Virus record (IMG/VR): IMGVR_UViG_3300032675_000001
Coordinates: 124,001 to 188,000 of that record
Direction: 5' to 3' (one strand)
Length of the DNA stretch: 64,000 nucleotides
The notes below the pieces were generated by a model. That model was not told the origin of the DNA. It searched no databases and saw only the letters and a program-made list of their open reading frames with translations. The position numbers were made by a program, and so were the translations under genes. Every line of letters begins with the position of its first letter. Positions within the stretch are counted from its first letter, which is position 1. This document shows, piece by piece, positions 1-15,000 of this stretch.

Positions 1-68
1 CCTCCGACTTCATTCGGTTTGCCAGTTGGGCGACGATTACCTTGTTTCTCTGAGTTATACTTGTTCAT
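1..68 (-). CDS. 5' part of a small late (probably virion) protein, truncated by the window edge
   Basis: ATG at 68 on the minus strand, 5 nt after a TAAATA late box; reads MNKYNSEKQGNRRPTGKPNEVG and stays open to the edge. Confidence 0.55.
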   Translation of the reverse strand, partial: MNKYNSEKQGNRRPTGKPNEVG

Positions 69-83
69 TTGTATATTTATCAT

Positions 84-3000
84 TTAGGTTACATCCACTT
101 CCAAGAACTTGGCTGGAATAGTCTGACTGATTTGCAACGGATCGCCCAATGTAGAGTTGTAAACATATGAATTCCAAGTCTGGTTATAGTAGGCACTTGG
201 AAGTTCATTATTAGATGTCAAACTGAAGGCTTCTGTATATTGCGGAATATAGAGTTGTGCGCCAGTTCCATTTGCTCCACGCTGCAAGCCACCCAAAGTA
301 TTATTAGTCAAGTTCACAATATTGAACTTGATTTGTTCACCATTTACGTAAATGGTATTACCTACCAGTGTATTAATGGTTAACGAATCACCAACAGTAA
401 TGTAACTTCCGACATTAATTTCTAATACAGGAGCTAGATCAACTATTACTACTTGATACGATGATGTAGGAATATATTGGTTAGTTCTATTATTGTAAAC
501 AGTAATTCCCGTAATCAGCGTCTTATCAACATTGTTTAACCCAATGCTATATACATTGTCGCCAAACTCATTGAGTGCAGCTTCTGGTGTCACAGAAGTT
601 TGTATTACATTGTTAGTCACAGATGTTACATCCTGAACGTAGATCAAGTCGCTTTCAAGTGACAGTGGCTGTGTTAGCCAAGTTCTTGTTCCAGTGTTTG
701 CTCTGTATACCGTAGCTTCTCCTGTCTGATTTACAAAGTTCATGTAAATTTCTTCTGACGGAGTTGCTGTTGGAATCATGTTAGTAATGATAACAGTATC
801 ACCAGACGAGATAGGAGCAAGTATGCTCAATTCATTTGACGAGTTCATACGTAGGCATGAAGATGGAACACGATAACCATTAATGGTTACCCACAAACGA
901 TCAACATTAGTCTGCTCCCATTGAGTTACATTTACAGTTCCACTTGCATTACTTAAAGCAACAACACTACCATATTGTGAAGAAGCCACATTAAATGTAG
1001 TTGGACTTAGGATTTCGTTAACATAATATGTTGTTCCCTGAATCAATCCTCCGAGAATGTTAGTGCCATCCAATGATCCAAGTTTACTGAATAATACCGG
1101 AGTATTGACATCCAACATAGCAGTGCTTGATACCGTTATGGCATTGTTGATTGATGCAGTTGCTGAGGCAGTAGTATCTACCAAATAATAGGAACCCTGA
1201 ATCCAAGTATATCCGCCGCCCGTGTATGCAGAAATAGCGGTTACTGGATAATTAACAGCATTAAGAGAAGAACTATATGCTTGAGTATATAAATCAAACT
1301 GTGTTGAAGATATTACTCTTACATAATAGTAGTTTCCATTAAGTTGTGTTGAACCCGCTGTTCCATCTATTCTGACTATTTCACCGGTTGTGAAACCATT
1401 GGTTCCGTTAGTGGTTACACGAACTGCTGGCTGTCCTCCTACTGTTACCAACATATTACCGCTGGCAGTCGTCAAAGATAGTGCTGATCCGCCTTGAGTG
1501 GCAGAAATCGTAAACGTGGTTGAGTTTACGATGCTTTTGACAAAATATACGGTTCCGCTAGTTGAAATTCCACCAAACCCAGTTCCTTCAAAGAATACAG
1601 TCTGATTGACCACAAAACCAGAAGTACTTGCAACGGTAATGTAGTTAGTACCAGAAGCAGTTGCTGTAGCGGTTGTGTTGGCAAGCGGTGCAGTAATATT
1701 ATTTGAAATAGTACTAATAGCATACACAGAATTAGAACCACTTGCCGTTATGGTTTGTGTATTCAAATATTGTTGTGTAGTATCGTTGTACGTTGTAACA
1801 GCAATAGGAGCATTCAATGCTGGTGCGGAATTGAACGTTATCGTGTTATTGGCTGGCGCGATTGTATACGTAGATGGTTTTTGACGCAATCCACTTACTT
1901 CTACCACTGCGCTGGCTGGATTTACAAGACCTTGGACATTATTTGAGAGATCAAATACTGTTTGTGAACCTGTTCCCGTAAACCATTGTGTTTCAGGAAT
2001 TGAATATCCTATTTGCTGTGGTTCGGTCTGCCCAAACAATGTATATGATAGGTAGTCATTATTGTTGCTATAGGCATCGGTTGAGAATATAATCATAGCC
2101 GAGATGCCATCTGGCTGAATACCAAATGCATAGTCATATGTGATGAACGTTGCGCCTCCCTGCTGAGTAGTCAATGGCAACACTGGACTTCCAGTAGGTG
2201 ATGTGGAAATAGTAAACGTGGTTGTTCCCAATACGTCAGCAACATAATATGTTTGAAGTGGAACAATATCAGGACCAAACATGTTAGCACTGAATGTTAT
2301 TGGCGATCCAGTAACCATTCCAGTAGTGGAGTTTGTTGTTATTGTATTGGTTCCAGCAGTCGTATTGGTTACGATATTGGTTCCACCACAAAGCAACTTT
2401 GTTCCATTATGGTAAATGATTGGAGAAGTCCACGTGGTTCCAGTACCGGCTTGAATGATAACGTACATTGATCCAGTAGCATCAGTCAATTCAAAGATTG
2501 GTCCTGCTTGACCAGTCATAGAGTTGAAAGAATCAGAAACCGTAATAGAATCGGTTGCAGTGCTTACACTCTTAACGTAATAGGTCGTGCCTTCTACTAT
2601 ATTACCAAAAGTAATTCCCTCAAAAGTGATGGCATCATTAATTGACAGTTGAGATACGCCAGCGCACACGATGCTATTATCACTAGCAATAGTCTGAGTG
2701 GCCTGAACATCAATGTCATATGATCCCGGCTTAACTACACCGCTTCCGTTGTAGATTGCAGCACTATAGTTGCAATCTACATAAATTTGATTGAAACCGG
2801 TAACAGGATCAGTTCTGATTGGGTCAACATCAGTATTAGATTTAACCAACTGACTACCGTTGCCCACTTCATATACATCTACTCTTAGTGTGTCCATTAG
2901 TGGCGTGAATGGAAGAGGATTGGTTAGCGTAATGGTTTTGTTGATCCAATTTACAGTGTAATCCGTATTTAAAGTCAATGTTGTACCGAGGCAGGATGTT

Positions 3001-6000
3001 GCGTCAATTTTCTGCACAAATACTTGAGCAGGATAATGCACAATATCAGCAAAACTATATACCGTTTGGGTTGCAGATTGCGGCACCATCTGTGTGGACA
3101 CCACATTGTAACCATTGTGACCATATTGTTCTACTGGCCAAGTAATACCCGGACGAGTAATAACTGTCATAGCAAAGTTATCCCATACAACCCCCGGAAC
3201 AAGTTCTTCTGGACCATAACCAGACTGGAATGTTCCTCCTTGAACGTCATAAACAGGAGGAACTGGTGTAAAGATAGAAGTATATGTCCAATTTACACCA
3301 TCTGTTGATGATAGAACAGCATTATTGTCACCAGTAACCACCCATGTGTTATTGGTATATGTTATACCATAAAGATTTTCAGTTATTCCTGAAGTTTGTA
3401 CTGTCCAGTTTACACCGTTTGCTGACGTAATAATAGTTCCAGTATTACCTACTGCTAACCAAAGACCATTTTCATAAACAACATTGTTTAGAGTTGGTGT
3501 ATTATTTACTGAACTCATTACTGTATATGCTGGAACCGATCCATTAGTCAAGGTAACCCCAGTCAACGTCAAAGAAGACGTAGATGTGATGCTGGCAATA
3601 GTATAATGTGTTCCAGCAACTATGGACGAGAATGAGTTGTTGAATACTACAGATTCACCAACCGTAAACCCGGATGTGTTAGTTACATTGATTGCGTTTG
3701 TATACGTGTTGACAGAAAGAGCATCAACCTCATTAAGTCCGAGCCAGTTAACTGCATTGAGACTTGTATAGATCACACCATTCTGACCTACAGCAATAAT
3801 CTGTCCAGTGACATTGTTTACAGCAACGCTATTCCAACCATTTTCAGTTATAGGAACAGGAGTTGTCTTAATGCCATTGAAATATTGATTCGTCAATGGC
3901 GCATCAATCCATTTAATTGAATCTGTGCTATATGATACAATGCTTGTTGGAACCAACGCAGATACTGGACCAGCATAACTATAAGTTACACCAGAACCAA
4001 CTGCAACATACCCAGTAAAGTATTGAGAATTTACATATGTTATGCCATTCATTTCAACTTCATATGTCGTGTTGTATGTATGAACTTCTGTCCAGTTGAC
4101 CCCATCTTGGCTAGTAATAATATTATTACCTACCGCTACCCAAAGTTCGTTTGAGTAAGAAGAAGATTGCAGAGTCAAGCCCACTGAAGATATTAAATTG
4201 TCGTTTGTGCTATTTGAATCACTATCATACGTGATGATATTACCACCTGAAGTCCAGTTAAATCCATCTAAACTTGTCAACAGCGGAGTTGCACTATTTG
4301 TTGATGTGATTAGATAGTTTCCATTTGCATATGAAATGGAAGTAATATCAACATTTGCGTTTAGCAACTTGTTGATTAGCCAATTTATACCATCAGTACT
4401 GTAAATGACTGCTGAATATGTTGGAAGGTTTGCAGTTGCAAAATAGTAACCATCATTATAAATGATTGATGTGATATTAATACCATTTGGATAAAATGGC
4501 TGATCTTGAAGAACCGTATCTAATGGATACTGTAATGAAGGCTGGAATGCATTACCCTGATAAATTGCATTAGGATAAGTTACTCCTTCAAACAACTGAG
4601 TAAGGTCCACACCCGGCATGTTCACGGTTGGTTGGTAGTATCCGATTACTCTATCCATTGCATTTAATCTTGGGTCATCAGAATCAATGAGTTCCCACTT
4701 GCCAAGCACAAATTCGCTATCGTTGTTTGAAACGACACAAACATACACTCTTCCGTTAAACTTAACGATAGATTGATTAAAGAAGAATGGTTCTGGTAAG
4801 AACGCAAAGCTTCCTGCTTTAGCAATAGTAAAGTTCGTGCTTGCGGCGGACGCAATGTTTATTGCACTTCCACCCGGTGTTGCTGATACTTGTAACTGTG
4901 TGCCATTTAAAATAGAGACAATATAATATGTTTGGTATTCAACTATAGTTGACGCAGAAACATCAGTGTTTCCGGTGAATACAACCGCATCATTGATATT
5001 AAATTGACCAGTATTTGAAATAGTTATTGAGTTGTTTGATGTGCTTACAGCAGTTACTGTATCTGTTGTGAATCCTACAAATGGGAAGTCAACTCCACTT
5101 ACTGGCTGACTCAACAGTTGATCGGAATATACTTCAAGCTGAGTTGGAGATATAACCTTCAAGTAATATTGCTGAGAAGTATAAGGAACCGTGCCGGAAC
5201 ATATTGCATTAATGATTCCGCCTGTTGAATTAATTGAGTTAACAGATAGAGTCACATCGTTAAGTGGAGATGTTCCACCAACCAATGCACCGCTGATTGT
5301 AATGATGTTGTCAATTGCAAATCCAGAACCAGAACTGGTAAAGATTGCTCTATACCCACCCAAAACATACGATATATCAATTGTAGGGGTAGAAGTAATA
5401 TATTGAGTCAACGTTGATCCAGATGTAGATGAAGACAGACTTACTGGCAATCCACCAATAGAAGTTGAAACCGTGATATATGGAGTTCCCACTCCAGTCA
5501 TCTCACCGGTTTGATCTGTCAATGCGACAACACTTCCTCCTTCTGTTGTTGATACAGTAAATTGTGTTCCACTCGTGATGGTTTTCACATAGTAGATTTG
5601 TCCAATAATCAATCCACCCAAAGATTGTCCAGAGAACACGATTGGCATACCAGAATACAAATACGATGTAGTGTTACATACAATTACGTTTCCATAATCT
5701 GATCCGAGAGTTTGGGTTGCAGATATTTCAATATTTGTTACATCTGACATACCGGAATATGTCAGAACGTAATAGGTTGTTCCCGTAGAAAGTCCGCCAA
5801 TTGCAGATGAGAACTGTATTGGCATACCCGCATAGAATAAATCTGTGCCATCAGAATTAATATCAAGAGCAATGATGTTAACACCGGATACCGTAGCATC
5901 AACTTGGCGTTCAATTAAATTGCCAACAGTCAATTCTGTAATATTTGGATACTGTCCAGAAGTTCCATATAGTGTGAATTGCTGACCGTTAACTTGTCCC

Positions 6001-9000
6001 GGACTTACTGGAAGCGAAACATTCATAGTCATGTTACCAGAGGCTGTAGTTAACACAGGTGAATCGCTCTGGTTGGTTACCGTCATTGAACCGGTTGCGG
6101 TTGTCAATGTTACCACTGGACCATTCAATGTTGCAGAAATGGTCATTTCAGTTTCACTAATTAATTCACTTACATAATATGTAACACCAGCAGTAATACC
6201 ACCGAACGTAGTTCCAGTAAAGATGATTGGATCGTTCAAATTAAATCCTGGATTTAAACTTGTAGTGATAATATTACCAGTTGCACTAGTTGCGGTGGCA
6301 GTTAAAGTTAGTTGCGTATCGTATGGAGAAATCGTAAACGTCTGCTGATCAATAACAGTGTTGATATAATAGACCTGATTTTCTACTATTCCACCAAACA
6401 CATTTTCACTGAAAAATACTGACAGACCCGGATAGAATCCACTAGTTCCTCCTGTGCCGATAACACTAGTTGGAACAGTCAAGTAGTTTGTTCCAGATGT
6501 GGTATTTGTCACATTTAGAATACCAGGATAGTTTATAGTCAGAACAGCAGTATTAACTGATTGTGCTATGTAGCATTGCAGCCCTGCGGCAGAAACTGTT
6601 GCCGTAGTCAATGATACCACTGGACCTCCAATAGTTTGTGAAACAGTGAAATCAGTTTCATTGATTACCGAGGCAACGTAATATAACTGCTCGTTTACGA
6701 GATTTCCTACCACAGCACCAATAAATTTGACTGGCATACCAACATAGAAGCCTATTGTGCTTCCTGATGCATTTGGTTCAGTGCTTCCTTGAGGAACAAG
6801 TCTGATGGCATTATTTGCACTATAAGTTCCACTAACGTATCTGATCGTTGATGACCAATCAAGTTGATTATTATTGCTTACATCAACGATTTCAAAAGTT
6901 GCTCCTTGTGCAGAAGAAAGGATACTTGCAATATTTGGATTTACGCTTTGCAATTGGATGTCAGAGCTTGACACTTGCAAAATGTTTTCGTAACTTCCAG
7001 CAAAGAAGGAGCCATAATATGCGCCAGATTCCCAATCAAGTATTTGAGAGTTGTATGTGGTTCTATCATATTTGATAGTAATATTATTCTCTCTTACTGG
7101 ATACGATGTTGAAATACCAAATGCTCTTGCGCCAGCACTTAATGTTAGTGAAGACGTTGAACCTATACTGTAGATATTAACACGATTCTTATCATTGATC
7201 GCATCTGAATATGTAGTATATAGTGCAATTACAGAAGTCGGAACAGTCTGTAGAACATTCACATAATACCACTGACCATCTTGCAGCCCTCCTATTCCAA
7301 CATCGTCAGTACCGGCGCGGTATTGTACAACTTGACCGGTAACCAATGATGGAGCATATACTACAATAGTGTTTAACAATTCATTTATTGCAGTATCAGC
7401 AAAATTAATGACATAGGATGGATCAATTATGATCTCAGGCATCGCGACATATCCCTGACCCGGATTAATGACATTAATCCCTATTACTGTGCCAAGGCTC
7501 ATTACTGCCTCAAGCTCAGCAGGAACAGTTGGTGCAGGATAAATGCTAGTATCAATATATGCAGTTACACGAGGAGGATTTTGATAGTCGTTTCCACCAT
7601 CCAACAGAACAACAGGAGGCAAATCCATAATGATTGGTGCACCCGGAATGTGGGTAGTGATCGTCGTGTTGTTTGCACCTCTGGTGAGACCAGAAATCAT
7701 GTTTAGTGCTGGATCAACCGTTTCATAGCCTATTTGCTCATCGTCTATTGTGATAATGCCGCTGCTAGGGAAACCATTGGCATTGTTAACAATCATAAAC
7801 GTAGATGATGTTGTCATATATGAAGTAAGGGTTGTCAATTGATAATCTGGCTGACCGGTCAATGATAAACCATAATTCTGATACCACTGTGTGTATGGAG
7901 CAGTTTGCCAGATTGAATCTGTGTTTAGGTATTCATATTCGGTATCTGCACCACTATACACAATCTGAGGTGAAATAAAATTCTGATACTGACTATTGAA
8001 TTGTGCAGGAACATCAAAATCAGTAATATTACCAGTATATTCTTCACTTCCAGTATAATCATACAAGAAATCCTTAATCAGAACGTGATAAGGCTTTACT
8101 TCATTGATGTAACCAGATAGGAAATCAAAGTTGTCTGTAACATAGTTTGAATATGGAAGAAGTTCGCGCAAAGTGTGTTGAACATCAAGCAAGGATGTTT
8201 TGTTTAACCATGGCAAGAAATTCTGTGATTCTACAGTTTCACTCTGAATGTATTGGAACAATAGAATTAAACTGAGATTTCTATATTGCAGTAAATCTTC
8301 CGTGAAGATTTGCTCATTCAATGCACGAATGATATAGTATGTTTCTTGGCTTGGATATGTGTCAAATGAACCAGTGTCAAAGAACGAACCGTCCCATCCA
8401 ATCTGTGCATCTGCATAATCCCACAATGAAGTGTTGAAAGCGATAGTGCCGTTTTGAAGACCAACACGAGTCCATACTCCATTGCCATCGTTTCTGTATA
8501 TTTCTGCCGAACCGTTACCATTTTGCTGCACCGTAACCAATGTTCCAGTTGAAACATTTAATGTAGCGAGGTCTGCATAATAAGGAACTTGATATAGTGA
8601 CTTTGTGCTATCGCTATATCCATCAGCCCACCAATAAGTGTAAGACCAGTAATCAGAAGTATTGAAAAATTCGCCTGATGCAAAAAGGAAAGTAGCATCT
8701 GGTCGTAGTTCTGTAATAGGATATTGTGCAAGAATACCATTTGCATATGTCAAATAGTTATTGATTGCCATAAATCTATCATAGAAGAAACTCTGACGAG
8801 GACGAACTTGAACACCAGATTGCACTGCGGCTGGCAAGAATGGATCAGGAACTACAGCACCAAATTGATCACATCCTGCCATTGAGTCAAGCATTCTTGC
8901 ATACAGTGAGGAAGGCTCACCGGAACTTACCGTAGTCGTATTTCCTTGAACTGTAGTAATTACTGTTGGGTGTTTTGTTATTGGAGGAATTCCGGGTAGG

Positions 9001-12000
9001 AAATCTTCAGCAAAACCTTCTCTGATCAGAGCAAATTCTTGGTGTGCTATATCATCATTGTTTCCGTTGGAGAACCCAACATGGAATACCGTATCTGTTC
9101 CATTGAAGAATTGCAATGAGTTATACATAGCAAATGTATTAGGCAACAATGGTGCCATAAACGAAATGCCAGAACCTCGTGGATTTGCGATGTATGAAGC
9201 CACTGATGAATCAGCAAGGGTCTTGTTTGCCTGAGTGAAAATAGTGTTGGTATTGCGTACCCAGAAATAGTATACTGGAACTACAACATTTGATGCATTC
9301 AGTACTGCATTGATGCAATATAGGTTAATGTTGTATGGTACACCCGGTCCCTGATATTGATTTGGTGGTATAAAACTTGCAATCCAAGAATATACAGCAA
9401 CATCTGATCCTGGGAAAACAGAACCCCAATACTTGCTGTTGTACACAACATCATTTTGATGATAGTTTACCCATCTTACATTAGTAGTGTCTAACCAAAG
9501 TTGACCAACCTGTGATGCACCCCACATATTACCATTATTACTTGCGAGATTGCTATTATACTGTGCTGGGTCCGCGCTCGTAATATAGTCAAGATTTTCT
9601 CGGGCAGCGCCGAGAATCTTTCCTTGTAATGGATCAATGTAATCAAAGTTGACCAGCGTTTCATTAGTTGATGCACTATAAAGTTGCGTATTCTGAATGG
9701 TATTAATATCAACAACCGGTGAGGAACTTCTATACACAGACCATACTGGAGTTCCTGTTGCGTTAGTATACACAACTACCTGACCATTATACAACCCAGG
9801 AACAAAGTTTGGTGTACCAACAACTACAGTATTATCATTGAAATCCAAAGAAGAACCATACATAGGCGAGTTGCCATATGATGTGGAGTTGTCATTAATG
9901 CTTTGTGCATATACATATTGACCCGGTGTGATTAGACTTTCATTATAATCTGCCATGTACTGGAACATATATACTGCACCAGCGTTTGGATACGAATCAA
10001 CAAATTGTGTCGCATTGTTATCAAACACCGTATCGTTATCAAGATCAATATAATCAACAAAATCAAATACTGTGCCTTCATAACGAGTACCACTTGGCGC
10101 GGAAACTACTATATTATTAAACTGATCTACCTTGATGGTATGACCAAACTGAGTTGGCCCAGTTGTGTATGGACATTGAAGTATTTGTGTTTCAGTGTAT
10201 GTGGTAATACCAATCTCTGATAGAATACCACTAGTGTTAGTAGCGGTGATTACCAACTCTTGGTTTACCTGAGCCAAGGCACTATTGATGCACTGAATAA
10301 TGATATTGTTGTCACTAGTTGCTGCAGCCTGAACATTAATAATACCTGCATTATTGATTGCATTTGCAACCACAGTAGCGTTTCCTGTAGGAATAGTTAC
10401 AGCAAACCCATTGATCAATATAGTGGATTGTGCAGTAACATTGCAGCCTCCTGAGCCGATTACAACACCATATTTTGCTCCACCATTTGAATATTTGTAA
10501 ACAGCGCCTTCTTGTCCGTTGATATCACTGATTTCAAATGGTGAACCGACGAGAACATCTGAGCCGCCATTTGAGTTTGCAACAGAATAACCAAAATGGA
10601 TACCCGTTCTGTCATGGTAGTTTGAATTAAATGTTTGAGCCAAGAAGAACTGACTATCACTTACGTTGATGATGTCACCAGCATTTAGCCCACCATAGTA
10701 GACAAAATTGCTGCCTACGGCGGCATAGTTGCAGTCATTTACCAGTGATCCATTAACACTTACATAAAGCGGAGTGACTTGAACATAAACCTGTACGCCA
10801 CTTAGTGATGCAGTCGCCAAACTTACCGGAGTTGTAGTGTTGCGGCTTGTTTTGATGGTGATGGTATTCGTTGATGTTGAAGCAATATAGTATACCTGAT
10901 TGGTACTGATGTTTGTACCAGAAAGGTTACCCGTAAACACGATTGGAGTATTTACTGGGTACGAAGTCATACTTGCGCTGCAAGTGATCAAATTCGTGCC
11001 TGAAGCAGTCGCGCTTGCTGTGATTGTAGAAGTAGCAACCGGGGTCCAAGCAAGAGGGAAAGTGATGGCTTGGCCAGCATTTGAGGTATACTGTGCTAAG
11101 AAGTTTTGTTCAGTTCGGTTGAATACCGAAACCTGACCCCAATCTTCAATTGTTCCGCTGTAGTTCTTTAATGGTGCACCAACAACAAGAAGGCTACCAT
11201 CTTGATCAGTTGACAGGGCTGCACTAAAATCATCACCAGAAACGTAACCATATGTTGAACCATTGATAACTGAAGCCTGTTGATATGTGCACTGTGTTGC
11301 AGTTCCGGTTCCGGTTCCAGAGCCAGTAGCAACAAATGTTATTCCTACTTCATTGTATACTGCCCCAATTGTGGTAAAGTCTGTTGTTCCAACTTCAGTA
11401 ATGATGTATGTCTGGCCGGAAACAAAGTGGCCAGCCTGCAATGGAATGTTTTCCTTGCGATATACATACACGTTATTGTTAACAATGTCAGAAATGTATA
11501 GCCAATTGGAGTCTTTGGACATAGCCATCGTGCTACCCCAGTTAGTTACACCACCGGGAGCAGAAATAGTCTGATATGCAATCAGATTATCACTAATTGG
11601 ACTACTGTTCAGCACATAAATGAATACATTTGGTGTTCCAGTTGGCTGAGACACGACATAAATGTTATTTGCTTCTGAATATACGATCTGTGATCCAAAA
11701 GATGTACTGTTGGTTATGGTCTGTGATAGATTGTAACTCTCAGACAATGCATTATACGTGTAGCAATAAAGCTTTCCAGCACCAGCATCTCCAATAAGGT
11801 ATCCTGCACTATTAGTGAATGCCACTGCGGAACCAAAAGTCGTTGATGTTGGTTGCTCAAGCTCATTTTGCATTTCATACGTATTTGATTTGAGAAGAAC
11901 AGCCCAATCACCATCTACGTTGGTGTCTACCCAAACTAAGTTGTCAACGAAATCTGCCTGAGTAAGATCAAGACCTTCAATGTCAGATGGATTTGTTACA

Positions 12001-15000
12001 CGATGTGACTCAAACGTCAACCCGATGCCGTATCCATTAACGGTAGTTTGATTTGCACCAATGATTGATAGGTTAATAGTAACTTGCATGATGTTTGGAA
12101 CATCAGTAATGATATAGTAGCCATCAATATTTGTTGCAAAGTTAACTATTGAAAGAGGCTGCAACTTAGTTAGATTATGGGGTGCAGCAAAAGTAACAGT
12201 TGCGGTAGAATTAAGATTGTTCTGAACCTTGATAACTTGACCAACCGATTTCCATGCAAACACGTTCCATTGGTTAAAGAAGTTTGCTATCCATGCATAC
12301 TGACCAACATAAAAGTTTTGTATAGGAACAATAGCACCACTGATATCAACCGCTCTAGGAAGTCCAGCGTAGAAATATGATGACATTGCAACGTCATTAA
12401 AGTTTACGTATCCTGCTGGCGGATACAGATATGATGCTGCTTCAGCCGTAGTGGTTGTTAGGATGTTAGGGTCGGATACCGGAGTTCCATAGTTGAACAA
12501 ACCATACAGTGGAACTTCTTGCATTGCTCCATCAGTACCTCCGCCATTTGTTAAGCTAACAATAGATGGATCACCTGACATCAAATCGGAGTCAATTTGG
12601 AAATCAACAAAATTATTGTTTAATACGCCACCGAACTGGCTTGACAATATTGCCCAGTTTTCATATGTATTGTATGATATACCACCGGTAGGAAGGGTTG
12701 CGCCATCAAATGCGCTAACGGCATTGAGAGTACCCATGTTCTTGATCATATTTTGATAGATTTGAACTTGGGCTTGGCTAGTCAAATCAAGCAGTGCGAG
12801 ATAGTCTCTTGGGCGATAACCTATCAAATTAAACGCCAATAAGTCTGCATCTTCCTGTAGGTTTGCTTGGTTCACATCATAATATAGCGTACTCTCGTAT
12901 GCACGAGTTGATGGGTTAGCCAACATACCAAACTGAATATCAGAATACAGAATCTGTTTCCAATATGTAGGGTCAAATGTTTGTGTTGGCTGCACAATGT
13001 CAAGTGCCTGCCAATACTTGTTCTTATATGTTACGATTTGACCTTTAGTGTATTTTAGATTACCTGTCCACTCTTGGATGTTGTCTTGACTAATAATGAA
13101 ACCGCCAGCATTTACCGTTCCATTCCAATCTGCAGATTTTATGCCACGGACATAGATACGATTTTGACGAAGACCAGTTACTAGATTATAAATGATATCA
13201 TTGAATACGGTAACATTATCAAACACGATGCCGTGTTCAAAGTTGCTCACGTTAAATTGTCCGTAAGCCAATGAGTCTCCCTGATTTAATGGATGTGCAC
13301 TAAATGCCGTGCCATCGCGATTTACGCAGAGATATTTTAAATCAATAGGATACAAGTCCTGATTCAAAATAAAGTTTTGATTCTGAATCGTTAGTGGTTG
13401 AACCACTGCTGTTCCCGGATCAATCTCCATCATTGTTGCTGCTGGATTAAGATTGATTAGACTTCCGTTAGCCCATCCAGTCTGTGCCCAATACAAGAAC
13501 TCATAAACCATTTGTGTCCAGTTAACCGGAACTCCATTTTGAATTTGATCAAAATTCATTCCTTGCTGTTCAAGATATGCGCCATAACTCATCAAGAACT
13601 GAGCAACTTCCTGTGCACTGTAGAATTTAGTGCCATAAGGAACAATGGTTGTTTTAGTTTCCGAATATTTATTAGTTACGTTTACGGATAGCTTTTCTAT
13701 GCTTAGGTTACTGTATCCACCAGTGAATATAGGATTGGCTACAGTAAAGTATGCGAACAGTTGTGAGTTCCCATATACAGTCCAATATCCGTCATTCTGC
13801 TGGATTATTACCCCACTGAAAATTATTTGCTCAAATGGCTGGTTTTCGTATAACAGTACAGAATAGCTCTCATTCGGAATTAGAAGTGAAGCGTTGGTAC
13901 TATTTGGTGAGCCTTTTTCAATATAGAATTGAAGTTGATTTTGATCACTAAACCCAGCTAGGCGATACACCAATCTTACATCAAGATTATTCAACAGTGT
14001 AGTAATGCCGGTGGTTGCATCAACACCTTGCTGTTTGGCAAAGTCAACCATCCAGTTAATATAGCTGGTTTTTGCAATTCCATTTCCATATACTTGAATA
14101 TTATTCAATACTAAATGGCTTCTATCATTTACCAAATATTGATTAAATTCTTCGCTGTACTTATAGTTGTCAAGGTCTACACCCAAGTTGAAGAACTCTG
14201 CCGGTCTTGTGAGAGCGTAGATTCTCATCAAATCAAATGGATATGTAGAACTGCGGCGATATGACAACTCAGTTGGACCATCATCACCAACCTTCCAATC
14301 TTTTTGGAAAGTGCTAGGATCATAGTTGCCCACTACAGCAGTCAATGGAGAAAGAAGATCACCGTTTGAATCAACTGGAATTATTGTAGAAAGTCCGGGT
14401 CTTGCAACCTCTGGATTTATATATGGGTCACCATTATTCCAAATTAAACCTGCTTCCAAGTCTCCCCAAAGAATACCATTGTCGCTCGTGTATGGTGCAG
14501 GACCATATCGTTCTACCCACCAAGTTGGTTGATTTGGAAGACCAAGCATTTCCCATGGAGTTTCATTCGGATTGGTAGTATCATACAGATATTCGTATAA
14601 GCCTCTCCAATAACCCTGCTGAATGACAGTGTTGTTAATCTTCACAGCAGAATTGGTATAGTTATAAGAATATTCGTTATACGCAGTATAAAACTGAGTT
14701 TTATAATCCAGACGATTCTGACCAATCCAGTTCAAAAATGCTGGACTATAGATTGACAAGAACTCAGACCAAGAATAAGTTGAATCTCTGAAAAAGCCAG
14801 GAACAACTTCATATTTGGATATTGGAACCTGTGTGCTCAACTTGAGATTGTTGTAGATTCTATTTTCAAATTCAAACAGGGCTTGGTCACGGAAATCTAT
14901 AAGAACCCCTAGGGATTCATCATAATCACCATATAGCTTGGTGTATGAACCGTCATGGCCTTTAATAAACCATGTTGGTATAGTATAATCAGAATCCAGA